Shown: positions 45,508 through 54,246, numbered from the stretch's first letter. The stretch: 64,000 nt of DNA from Candidatus Woesearchaeota archaeon (GCA_964578845.1 CAZOEF010000004.1:1562-65561), one strand, 5' to 3'. Notes: generated by a model from the letters alone, not told the origin. Program-made: numbers and translations.

Positions 45508-45849
45508 TTATTTGCTTATCTCTCCACTATCATCCTTGGAATCCCTAACAAGCTTTATCACTTCGTCATCACTGATCTTCCCATCAAGGTTAGATTTAGG
45601 ATTTATTTTTGCCCTTTTAGCATTAGTGTTTCTTAGAATATCATTAAATGCATAGACATTATACGCAATCCTTCCGTTTTCATCAGCCTCATTCCCCATT
45701 GTGATTCTCTCATATTGATTTTTCTTAAGGAGCACTTCTCCAGGCCAATTCTCACAACCTGAAAAACCAGGAGCTGTTTCAATAACTACCCTAACAGTTC
45801 CCATTATGTCATCTTTAGAAACAAGTCTCATGTAGTAGTCATCTACCAT
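45508..45849 (-). CDS. Hypothetical protein (ORFan, 113 aa)
   Basis: ORF. TTTTTAAA on the minus strand starts 29 nt upstream of the ATG. Confidence 0.5.
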   Translation of the reverse strand: MVDDYYMRLVSKDDIMGTVRVVIETAPGFSGCENWPGEVLLKKNQYERITMGNEADENGRIAYNVYAFNDILRNTNAKRAKINPKSNLDGKISDDEVIKLVRDSKDDSGEISK

Positions 45850-45904
45850 CGAATCAATATATCATTAACCTTTAAAAACAAAGTTATATTGGAAAATATA
45901 TTAC

Positions 45905-46321
45905 TCAATCATCAAGATCGAATAATTTTATCTCTAAGCCGCCGTCCCTTAAAAGATGCCAGTTTTCCTCGCCTTCACAAATTGTATCATAATAACGCCA
46001 ATCAGACGAAGCGCCTTCTTCATCGGTATGCTCTCCCTCATCCTCGTTGTCTGTTTCCAGGTCTAAGAATGTGCTATTCTTAGTAAGTGCTTCCCATGTA
46101 GGAATATAAACTATTCTTATTTCATGTTCTTTTAGATATTTGATAGCTCTTTTATTGTCATGACTAAACGGCTCTCCGGGATGGTAAACCATATCTAACT
46201 CCCCATTCCTTACTTTCCAGACAGTAAGTAAATCATTGCCTTCAGCCTCATCCTCTCCCCAAAAAGAACCATAGCTATACTGTAAGGCGATAAATCTTCC
46301 TTCCAATTCTTCTCTTCGCAT
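45905..46321 (-). CDS. Hypothetical highly acidic, Trp-containing protein (ORFan, 138 aa)
   Basis: ORF with its own TATA-like box (ACTTTTAAAG) about 27-29 nt upstream. By my count it has about 38 D+E and 6 K. Confidence 0.5.
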   Translation of the reverse strand: MRREELEGRFIALQYSYGSFWGEDEAEGNDLLTVWKVRNGELDMVYHPGEPFSHDNKRAIKYLKEHEIRIVYIPTWEALTKNSTFLDLETDNEDEGEHTDEEGASSDWRYYDTICEGEENWHLLRDGGLEIKLFDLDD

Positions 46322-46383
46322 AGAATCACATCACAAAAGCCTTTAAAAGTATAATTATTGTCTCTCGATATAGCAACCAATAA

Positions 46384-46623
46384 CTAGTTATCCGAATTTT
46401 GACTGCCAGTTAAGCTAATACCTAATTCAGTTATGACTCTGACTAGTTCATTTCTATAAATTTCTTGCGGCCTTCTTGCAAAGAACCATTTGGCAGTATC
46501 TAGCCTCGAGGTTGCCTCTCCTCTTCTATATTCTTGATAAGTGTTACCGAATCCATCCGATCCTCCCCAACCTGATGTTTCATAGGGCTCTATTAGTCTC
46601 TCTAATTCCTGGATGGATATCAT
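46384..46623 (-). CDS. Hypothetical protein (ORFan, 79 aa)
   Basis: ORF. TTTTAATA on the minus strand starts 29 nt upstream of the ATG. Confidence 0.45.
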   Translation of the reverse strand: MISIQELERLIEPYETSGWGGSDGFGNTYQEYRRGEATSRLDTAKWFFARRPQEIYRNELVRVITELGISLTGSQNSDN

Positions 46624-46685
46624 ATTGAAATTATTATTATGGCCTATTAAAATATTGCTCTTCTCTCAATTGGTCAAAGATTATC

Positions 46686-46693
46686 TTTAAAAG
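46686..46693 (+). promoter_or_regulatory. TATA box (TTTAAAAG) starting 29 nt upstream of infB ATG 46715
   Basis: Phased TATA pattern. Confidence 0.6.
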
Positions 46694-46714
46694 CACTTAA
46701 AGTTTAGTATTTTT

Positions 46715-48436
46715 ATGACAATCCGCCAGAGTATCGTAACAGTAGCAGGTCATGTTGACCACGGAAAAACTTCTATTTTAGATTGTTTTAGGGGAAGCTC
46801 TATTCAGGAAGGTGAAGCAGGAGGCATCACTCAAAAGATATCTTTCACTAAATATCCTCTTGAGCAGATTTACAAAGCTTGTCCTTTGATAAAACAGGCA
46901 GGAATAGATCTAAAGATTCCGGGATTTCTTTTCATAGACACTCCAGGCCACGCAGCATTCACTAACTTAAGAAAGAGAGGAGGATCTTTAGCGGACTTAG
47001 CTATCCTAGTGGTAGATATAAAGGAAGGAATAAAGCCGCAGACAGCAGAAGTAATCTCAATCTTAAAATCTAATAAAACTCCTTTTGTGATTGCATTAAA
47101 TAAAATAGATACTATCTCAGGCTGGCAGAAAAGGGATACAATAAAACAGTCTATCGATATGCTTCCTTTACACGTAAGGAATGATTTTGATACTGCGCTA
47201 TTGACTTTCCAGGGAGCATTACAGAACCATGGTTTTGATTCTGAATTATTTTATGAAATGTCAGACTTCACAAAAAAAGTGGCGATAGTCCCGTGTTCAG
47301 CTAGAACTAAACAAGGAATACCTGAATTGTTATTTGTCTTGGCAGGATTATCACAGAAATTTTTAACAGAGAGATTAAAACTTTCAGAAGAGGCAAGAGG
47401 GATCATTTTAGAGATCAAGAAAGAAAGGACTATGGAAAATGTAGAAGCAATCTTGTATGATGGAGAATTGAAAGAAAGCGATGAACTCGTCATAGCGACT
47501 TTTGACGGGGCAATCACTGCGAAAATAAGGTCATTACATGAAATAAAGCCTTTATCAAATAAATATGAGAACAAAGAAAAAGTAACTGCTGCAACAGGGA
47601 TAAGGATCCAGTTAACAAATAAAGAAGGACTATTGCCGGGAATGCCTTTCCAGATACTTAGAGATAACTTTGAAAAATTAAAAGAACAATTCAAGAAAGA
47701 GATCTCAGGAGCTATTGACACTGATAAACAAGGTATTATAATAAAAGCAGATTCTTTGGGAAGCTTAGAAGCTTTGATGACCTTGCTAAAACAAGCAAAT
47801 ATCCAGGTTGTAAAAGCTGGAATAGGGCCAATAGGAAAAACAGACTTGATCTCTGCAAAAGCTAATTTACAGATAAATCCTCTAGACGCTGTAATAGTCG
47901 GATTCAATACAGAAGTTGAGGAGGATTTGGAATTAGGGAATATCAAAGTATTCACTAATGAAGTCGTTTACAGGTTAATAGAGGATCTGGATAAATGGAG
48001 AAAAGAAAAAATGGCTGAACTGGAAAGAGAGAAACTTATGGGTTTAGCTACAATCTGCAAGTTAGAAATTCTTCCTCAATATGTCTTCAGGAACTCTAAC
48101 CCTGCAATCTTCGGTGTAAAGGTTTTAGCGGGAAAACTCAAGACCCACTTATCACTAATAGACCAGGACGATAATCAAATAGCAAGAGTAAAAGCCATTC
48201 AGTCAGAAAAGCACTCGGTTGAAGAAGCAACAGAAGGAATGGAAGTGGCGATGGCATTGCCTGGAATTACTTTTGACAGGCAGTTAAAAGAAACTAAATT
48301 CCTCTACTCAAACATCTCAGAATCACAATTTAAAAACTTCAAGGAAAATAAATCTTTATTGTCACAAAGCGAAATAAAAGCCATCGCAGAAATAGCCGAT
48401 ATAAAGAGAAGAAAGACTGAAGACTGGGGAATATGA
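46715..48436 (+). CDS. infB: Translation initiation factor aIF5B (IF-2)
   Basis: VAGHVDHGKTSILD, DTPGHAAF and NKID G-domain motifs, with a length typical of aIF5B. Confidence 0.95.
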   Translation: MTIRQSIVTVAGHVDHGKTSILDCFRGSSIQEGEAGGITQKISFTKYPLEQIYKACPLIKQAGIDLKIPGFLFIDTPGHAAFTNLRKRGGSLADLAILVVDIKEGIKPQTAEVISILKSNKTPFVIALNKIDTISGWQKRDTIKQSIDMLPLHVRNDFDTALLTFQGALQNHGFDSELFYEMSDFTKKVAIVPCSARTKQGIPELLFVLAGLSQKFLTERLKLSEEARGIILEIKKERTMENVEAILYDGELKESDELVIATFDGAITAKIRSLHEIKPLSNKYENKEKVTAATGIRIQLTNKEGLLPGMPFQILRDNFEKLKEQFKKEISGAIDTDKQGIIIKADSLGSLEALMTLLKQANIQVVKAGIGPIGKTDLISAKANLQINPLDAVIVGFNTEVEEDLELGNIKVFTNEVVYRLIEDLDKWRKEKMAELEREKLMGLATICKLEILPQYVFRNSNPAIFGVKVLAGKLKTHLSLIDQDDNQIARVKAIQSEKHSVEEATEGMEVAMALPGITFDRQLKETKFLYSNISESQFKNFKENKSLLSQSEIKAIAEIADIKRRKTEDWGI

Positions 48437-48771
48437 GAAAAGATATCTGCCATGAATATCAGTTAGCCGAATTAGAGAGAGGAGACGTAATCAATTTCTG
48501 GCCAGACACGGTAAAACCAGTTCCATGGTCAAACCTTGGGGTATTCTACAGAAATGACCTGCACGCCAAAGAGTTCGCCTTGCCAGCAATCAAAGGAAAT
48601 ACTATCTATCTAATAAGTATATGCGCAAGCAAGCTTATTCCCACAGACTCGGGAGCTATAGAAATAAGAGACAGTTCCTCATATCCTTGCGAAGAAATAG
48701 CTCCTGAAGACCCAAGATATCAAGAGCTATCAGAACTTGTTAAAGTTCTCGATGGATCTAATCCCTCTTAA
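48433..48771 (+). CDS. Hypothetical protein (ORFan) coupled to the infB stop by ATGA
   Basis: ORF with a 4-nt overlap on infB. Confidence 0.45.
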   Translation: MRKDICHEYQLAELERGDVINFWPDTVKPVPWSNLGVFYRNDLHAKEFALPAIKGNTIYLISICASKLIPTDSGAIEIRDSSSYPCEEIAPEDPRYQELSELVKVLDGSNPS

Positions 48772-50386
48772 CATGCCTCATCGCATAATCCATATTCCCG
48801 TTAACTTTTTTGCCAGGATTAAAAATATCTAAAGGATCTAAGATTTTCTTCACTTCTTCAAATAACTTGAGCATTTCTGGAGTGAACATCTTTCCTAAAT
48901 ATGGAGTTCTAATCAATCCATCATTATGCTCGGCTGTAATAGACCCTTTATACTCTCTGACTAAGTCATAGACCTTCTCTGAAACAACAGGAATTTTAGC
49001 CCTCTCTTCTTCCTTACTAAGATCCATCAAAGGAATGATATGGAAATTCCCGCTTCCTGCATGCCCTAATAATGTCAGATCTATCTTATGCTCTTTCAGT
49101 ATTGCTTCTAACTTAGGGATAAATTCAGGCAAACTCTCCGGATTGATAATAAAATCATCAATAAAAGCTGTTGCTTGCTTGTCCTTTATCTTATGCCTTA
49201 GAAGATTAAAGCTCTCCCTTCTCATTGTCCAGTATTTTTTACCAGCTTCTTCAGACTTCATGACTAGATTAGGGATCTTATTTTTCTTTACTTCTTCATG
49301 CACCTTTCTAATTTTTTCAGATAGCGCATTCTCATCATCGTCAACCATCTCGACTAATATAACATATTTAGGAAATCCGTGTAGTAATGAAACAAAAGCC
49401 TCTTTCCTAAAGCTCCAGAACATTGAAAGCTTGCTCTTGCCGATTTTCTTTCCGATCTCGCCCATGAATTTCATTGATAACTTCAGGGTCTTATCATCAA
49501 AAGTCTCTAAGCTCTCCGGATCTAACGGCAAGATCACATTAACGAATTTAGCTAGTGATTCAGTATCCTTCAAAAAACACACAACTAATCTTGAATGTTT
49601 ATACTTCTTTACAAGTTCTAGTTTAGCTTCTGTAATTATTCCTAAAGTTCCTTGCGAACCTGTGAATAATCTAGTCAGGTCAAAGTTATTCTTATCATAA
49701 ACATCCCATAAATAATATCCTGCTGAATTCTTTGACACTATAGGCTTATTCTTCTGTATCAACTCATAATTCTTATCAATCAACTTATACAGTTTCCTGT
49801 AAATCTGGCCTTCAAAATCTTTCTTCCTTAATTTCTTGTTAAGCTCTTTCTTATCCAGTTTCTTAAATTCATATTCTTTTCCGTCAGATAAGACCATTTT
49901 CAAACTTAAGACATGGTCAGCAGTCTTGCCGTATTTAGTGCTCTTCTCCCCTCCAGAATTATTAGCTATCATCCCTCCAACAGCGCAGATAGATTTACTA
50001 GCTGGATAAGTAGGAAACAGTAAATATTTCTCAAAGGTCTTCTCCTCTAGATCCCTAAAGAAAACTCCAGGCTGGACAATGACTGAATTATTTTCTATCC
50101 CATTAATCTTATTAAAATACTTAGTAAAATCCATAACTATAGATTCAGTTAATGGCCCTCCTGTCATATCAGTGCCCGCAGATCTGGCTGAAATGCTCAA
50201 GGAAGGATTTTTTTTCTTATTCTTCTTTATTAATTTCACAGTTTCTATAACCTCGTTAGAATTTTTAGGAAATATAACTACTTCAGGCTTTATCTGGAAT
50301 ATACTGGCATCTTTGCTATAATTATCCAAAGTAGCCTCGTCATCAGCTAATTCAACCTCTTTCTTTAATTCCTCTTTCCAGGACAT
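48758..50386 (-). CDS. FAD-linked oxidase (GlcD / D-lactate dehydrogenase family)
   Basis: PCMH-type FAD-binding domain (ARSAGTDMTGG, GGMIANNSGG) and C-terminal GSITAEHNDG. Confidence 0.85.
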   Translation of the reverse strand: MSWKEELKKEVELADDEATLDNYSKDASIFQIKPEVVIFPKNSNEVIETVKLIKKNKKKNPSLSISARSAGTDMTGGPLTESIVMDFTKYFNKINGIENNSVIVQPGVFFRDLEEKTFEKYLLFPTYPASKSICAVGGMIANNSGGEKSTKYGKTADHVLSLKMVLSDGKEYEFKKLDKKELNKKLRKKDFEGQIYRKLYKLIDKNYELIQKNKPIVSKNSAGYYLWDVYDKNNFDLTRLFTGSQGTLGIITEAKLELVKKYKHSRLVVCFLKDTESLAKFVNVILPLDPESLETFDDKTLKLSMKFMGEIGKKIGKSKLSMFWSFRKEAFVSLLHGFPKYVILVEMVDDDENALSEKIRKVHEEVKKNKIPNLVMKSEEAGKKYWTMRRESFNLLRHKIKDKQATAFIDDFIINPESLPEFIPKLEAILKEHKIDLTLLGHAGSGNFHIIPLMDLSKEEERAKIPVVSEKVYDLVREYKGSITAEHNDGLIRTPYLGKMFTPEMLKLFEEVKKILDPLDIFNPGKKVNGNMDYAMRHVKRD

Positions 50387-50473
50387 AGATGGATAAACTA
50401 TCTTTTTTATTTAAACGTGCCGGATTATTTTATACATCGCCATAATTAAGTAATTCTTCATCCTTAATATAAT

Positions 50474-51097
50474 ATGAAAACTAAATCAGATCTATTAAGA
50501 GAATTAAGGATGCAGGGAATAGATGATAACAGGGTTATTATCTCAATGTCAAAAGTAAAAAGGGAAGATTTTATACCTGGAAAAATGAAAGATTTTGCAT
50601 ATGAGAATATAGCTATTCCTATCGGAGAAGGCCAGACAACAAGTCAGCCATATACTGTCGCTTATATGCTAAAGCTCTTAGGCACTAAACCAGGAAATAA
50701 GATACTAGAGATAGGAACAGGAAGCGGATACAATGCTGCTGTGATGTCGCATTTAACCGGAAAAAAAGGAAAAATAATCTCTTTAGAGATAAATAAAAAT
50801 CTCCATAAACTCGCCTCAAAAAACATTGGCTTAGACAATGTCCTGATTCTAAATAAAGACGGTTATCACGGCTATGAAGAAGAAGCGCCTTACGACAGAA
50901 TAATAATAACTGCTTCAGCCCCTGAAATACCTACTAGACTAATAGAGCAATTAAAGCCAAATGGGATAATGGTCATTCCTATCAAAGAAGACGATCACGA
51001 ATTGATGACCAAGATCACCAAAAACGAGAAGATAACAATGACTTACCACGGCAGGTTTCAGTTTGTCCCGATGACTGGGAAAGTGGAAGACTCATAA
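50474..51097 (+). CDS. pcm: Protein-L-isoaspartate O-methyltransferase
   Basis: GEGQTTSQPYTVAYML and the SAM motif LEIGTGSGYNAAV. Confidence 0.9.
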   Translation: MKTKSDLLRELRMQGIDDNRVIISMSKVKREDFIPGKMKDFAYENIAIPIGEGQTTSQPYTVAYMLKLLGTKPGNKILEIGTGSGYNAAVMSHLTGKKGKIISLEINKNLHKLASKNIGLDNVLILNKDGYHGYEEEAPYDRIIITASAPEIPTRLIEQLKPNGIMVIPIKEDDHELMTKITKNEKITMTYHGRFQFVPMTGKVEDS

Positions 51098-51159
51098 AAA
51101 TTTCTTGCCATGTTTAAGATATATCTTGTCTAGATTATTCAAGAAAGTTGCTGCGGCCC

Positions 51160-51414
51160 TTAATTCCTGATAGGAGTCATCACAAGGCTAATAAAACTGT
51201 CCTCAGCAAAGCGTTTATCCTTCTTTATTTTTTCAAGCCTCCAGTTAGGCAGTGCATTTCTCCCATCATTTTCAGCTTCAGAATCAATCCAGCCAGAATC
51301 CATCCATAATTCATCAATTTCATCTAGAGATAAAGACATAATTGCCTCGGTAATACTTTCTATTTCAAGATTACTCACCCTAAAGCTGCTCCATCCTGCT
51401 AAAGACTTTTCCAT
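51160..51414 (-). CDS. Hypothetical acidic Trp-containing protein (ORFan, 84 aa)
   Basis: ORF only. Confidence 0.4.
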   Translation of the reverse strand: MEKSLAGWSSFRVSNLEIESITEAIMSLSLDEIDELWMDSGWIDSEAENDGRNALPNWRLEKIKKDKRFAEDSFISLVMTPIRN

Positions 51415-51553
51415 CTTAATTAGATAAAAAATAATTATTTAATCATTAGTATCCGGAAAAAGACAAAATCACAGAGGGTTATATGCCTTTAAGCTATACT
51501 CTAGCTAATTGTACATATGATACCTATTTAAACTATAATTATCTGATTATTAT

Positions 51554-51859
51554 ATGCAAAGCAAAAATATTATCCGTATTGCGATTGTGGTTGGATTAAT
51601 ACTATTAGTGCCTTTGACGTTGCAATTGACAATAGGCACAGGAGTGGACGGGCAAGGCTTTAACTGGAAGATCGGTGATTTTATTTTCGCTGGAGCTCTT
51701 TTGTTCGTAACCGGTCTTGGCATTGATACAGCTACAAGAAAAATAACTCTTCCTGCACATAGGATCATGGCTATTGGGGCAATAGTATTGATATTTCTAG
51801 CTGTATGGGTGCACTTAGCAGTCGGCATTGTAGATAGCTGGCCATTTGCAGGGTCTTAA
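51554..51859 (+). CDS. Small membrane protein (3 TM)
   Basis: Three hydrophobic helices. Confidence 0.5.
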   Translation: MQSKNIIRIAIVVGLILLVPLTLQLTIGTGVDGQGFNWKIGDFIFAGALLFVTGLGIDTATRKITLPAHRIMAIGAIVLIFLAVWVHLAVGIVDSWPFAGS

Positions 51860-51972
51860 AAATATTCATATCTTCTTTAATTATAAGAATATATGCTTAA
51901 CACCAAGTCTCAATTCTAAGGCTCTCCCAAACAGATAGAAAATATTATATACTCTAAACCATAAATAAAATA

Positions 51973-52051
51973 AAGCAGTAATGCGCTATGGCGCTTCGCA
52001 AGATGTGCGTGGCAAGATAGGATTCGGCTCTTTGAGCCCTGGTTGCTGCTT
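51973..52051 (+). ncRNA. Candidate structured small RNA: 9-bp closing stem plus three short GC hairpins. Strand is tentative.
   Basis: P1 is AAGCAGTAA/TTGCTGCTT, whose one G-U wobble on + becomes a C-A mismatch on -. P2 is GCGC-TATG-GCGC, P3 is CGCA-AGATG-TGCG, P4 is GGCTC-TTT-GAGCC. The region is visibly GC-enriched. A TATA-like TATTATAT starts at 51943 and a T-rich tract follows. Confidence 0.35.
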
Positions 52052-52559
52052 ATTTCTTTATGATCTTGATAAGCCTCTCTTCATCAAGTATTAGGCTATT
52101 AAATTTACTCGATTCTTTGTTCCTAAAAGCCTTTCCAGCAGAATCTATCAAAGAAGGTTTCTGGAACTTAACCATAATTATATCTTCTGGCTTTAACTTA
52201 AGAATGAGCCGTGAGATGTGCTTGAATATCATATCTTTTATCTCATGAAAATGGCCATCGAAATCGTTGCATACTTGGATATTTACATCTTTTACATGAC
52301 TAAGATCTTTAATAGCAAATTCAATCAGAGCCACCACAACAGCAGTATGAAACCTGATTCTCAAGCGCATCTTTCTCTTCTTCTCAGAAGATCCACCAAT
52401 ACCAAGATTTCATCTTTTATATTCATGAATTAACCTCTCCTTGATTTTCTGAGGGATATTTACTCCATAGACTTTTTTCTTATTGGCGACAACCACTATA
52501 GAATAATCCTTTTCAAAGATGTCTCCACCTGATTTGTCAACCTGAAATAAAATTATCAT
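52050..52559 (-). pseudogene. 170-codon frame of unknown function interrupted by one in-frame TGA (52410..52412)
   Basis: My translation is MIILFQVDKSGGDIFEKDYSIVVVANKKKVYGVNIPQKIKERLIHEYKR-TGA-NLGIGGSSEKKRK-MRLRIRF... The N-terminal ORF and track ORF 52050..52370 share one frame (52559-52370=189). Confidence 0.55.
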
Positions 52560-52680
52560 AAAACGAAATAAATGCTCGCTTTATCAATCAAAGCCCCAGA
52601 AATGGAACTATCCCCAAAATCAAGATTTCATTTACATAAGTCTTTCTTTCCTCTTTGAAGCTAACTCATACAACTAAAAC

Positions 52681-52688
52681 TTTAAAAA
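52681..52688 (+). promoter_or_regulatory. TATA box (TTTAAAAA) starting 29 nt upstream of rps6e ATG 52710
   Basis: Phased TATA pattern. Confidence 0.6.
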
Positions 52689-52709
52689 CCCAATTTCTCT
52701 CTTCAAATT

Positions 52710-53183
52710 ATGCCTTTCAAATTGAATATATCAGAAAAAGGAAAAGCGTGGAAACTAGAATCTTCTAGTGAATACTTTGTAGGAAAATCCTTGGGAGATA
52801 CTCTTAACGGAAAGGACATTTCTGAGGACCTTGAAGGTTATGAACTATTAGTAACAGGAGCTTCAGATATTGCAGGTTTCCCTCATAAATCAGACGTTGA
52901 AGGCCCTGAACTGAAGAAAGTATTATTCACAAAAGGCTGGGGAATGCATAAGAAGCCAAGAAGAGAAGGAAAAAAGAAAGTCCAAACTCCTAACGGATTA
53001 AGACTAAGAAAGACTATCAGAGGAAAGCAATTATCAGAAAAGACTGTCCAAATAAATCTAAATGTAGTAAAAGCAGGAAATAAGGCTTTGAAAGATGTCT
53101 TTCCTGACCAGAACAAAGCTCCTGAAGTTCCTCAAGAAGTCCCTAAGGCAGAAGCACAGGCAGAAGCTGCACCTGCTCAATAA
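52710..53183 (+). CDS. rps6e: 30S ribosomal protein S6e
   Basis: MPFKLNISEKGKAWKLE..., VTGASD.AGFP and RKT.RG match archaeal S6e. Confidence 0.95.
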   Translation: MPFKLNISEKGKAWKLESSSEYFVGKSLGDTLNGKDISEDLEGYELLVTGASDIAGFPHKSDVEGPELKKVLFTKGWGMHKKPRREGKKKVQTPNGLRLRKTIRGKQLSEKTVQINLNVVKAGNKALKDVFPDQNKAPEVPQEVPKAEAQAEAAPAQ

Positions 53184-53243
53184 TTCTAAAACAATCTCAA
53201 TTTTGAGACTTTTATTTATTAACTAATCTTATTCTTGGAATAA

Positions 53244-53651
53244 ATGATAAATTACTATGTTGATACATGCATATGGCTAAATTTATTCAAAAAAGAGAAA
53301 CATTATTGGCAAATAACTGAAAAATTTATTGAAAAAACATATCAAAATAAAAACAAGATTTTAGTCAACAATAATTCTAAAAGAAATTTATTTTAAGGAG
53401 AAGAAAAATTTTATTTAATCAAGTCTATGTTTAAAGAATCTGATTTTATTAAAATCATTAAAACTACTACCTCGGATTATGAAACAGCTAGAAAGTGGGA
53501 AAGAATCCATAAACAGCTAAGCCTCTATGATTATTTGCATATTGCAATAGCGAAAAGGCTAAATGCAACATTAATTACAAGGGACAAAAAATTAATGAAG
53601 TTCTCTAAAAATATAGTCCCAACTTGCAAACCAGAAGATCTAATCCGCTAG
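53244..53651 (+). pseudogene. Decayed PIN-domain (VapC-like) gene
   Basis: The N-terminus MINYYVDTCIWLNLF and C-terminus DYLHIAIAKRLNATLITRDKKL are PIN motifs in one frame, separated by TAA at 53394..53396. The +1 frame reads STIILKEIYFKEK across the break, which suggests two compensating 1-nt indels, one of them at an A5 run. Confidence 0.7.
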
Positions 53652-53888
53652 CTTATTCACTTCATCAAGATCTAAATTTTTCTTCGATAATTTTTTCCTA
53701 ATCTTTCTTATTTCCCTGACAGAATCTTTTCTGTCCGGAATAATTCCAATAAGCTTGTCCAGAACAAGCCTTCTCACAGCATCCCTAACAACATCAGACC
53801 TGCTGGAATAAACTCCTGTATCCACCAGACTGTCTATCTTTTGAACAAGACCTTCACTTAGCCTCACTTGAACTACATCCATTACCAT
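53640..53888 (-). CDS. CopG/RHH-family DNA-binding protein
   Basis: VVQVRLSEGLVQKIDSLVDTGVYSSRSDVVRDAVRRLV is a canonical RHH sequence. Confidence 0.7.
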   Translation of the reverse strand: MVMDVVQVRLSEGLVQKIDSLVDTGVYSSRSDVVRDAVRRLVLDKLIGIIPDRKDSVREIRKIRKKLSKKNLDLDEVNKLAD

Positions 53889-54000
53889 AGTAATACAATA
53901 GTAATGTTAACTATTTAAGATTTTCTGTTTAAAAAAGATAAAAGCTCAGCATTGCCTAAAGACCATACTGATAGAATAATGACCTCAATTATTTATAATG

Positions 54001-54246
54001 CTAACCATAGGGGAACAGACCGCTATAAGCTCTTTTAGCTACTTCGTACCGCCTATCTTCAAAAGGCATATCTCTTGGCAAGTCAGAAATAGAAACTAAT
54101 GCTAAACCATCAGCTCCTCTGGATGTGCAAGAAAAAATTCCTTTTGAAAAAGCCATTTCGATTAGCTCTCCAAGTACCTTACAAGAATAATTCTTACGTT
54201 CGGGTTCTGGTTCTTCAGCTACCATTTGTACAAAAAGATACACCAA
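54001..54246 (-). CDS. Hypothetical protein (ORFan)
   Basis: ORF only. The true start may be the internal Met (MVAEEPEP...). Confidence 0.35.
   Translation of the reverse strand: MVYLFVQMVAEEPEPERKNYSCKVLGELIEMAFSKGIFSCTSRGADGLALVSISDLPRDMPFEDRRYEVAKRAYSGLFPYG

Noticed and set aside
51973-52051. The cloverleaf-like element as a tRNA or tRNA pseudogene
   Set aside because: The closing stem resembles an acceptor stem, but the three hairpin loops are only 3-5 nt. There is no 7-nt anticodon loop and no TTCRANT T-loop, and a 16-nt unpaired linker is present.
51973-52052. The same element read on the minus strand as an archaeal SECIS for the upstream in-frame TGA
   Set aside because: GAA-GCGC-CATA-GCGC-A resembles the GAA/A bulge plus the GC apical stem. 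However, the adjacent lower helix does not pair (CUUGC vs UUACU). The closing stem has a C-A mismatch on this strand, no Sec-type redox motif flanks the TGA, and Sec use is not expected in this kind of archaeon. It is kept only as a caveat in the findings.
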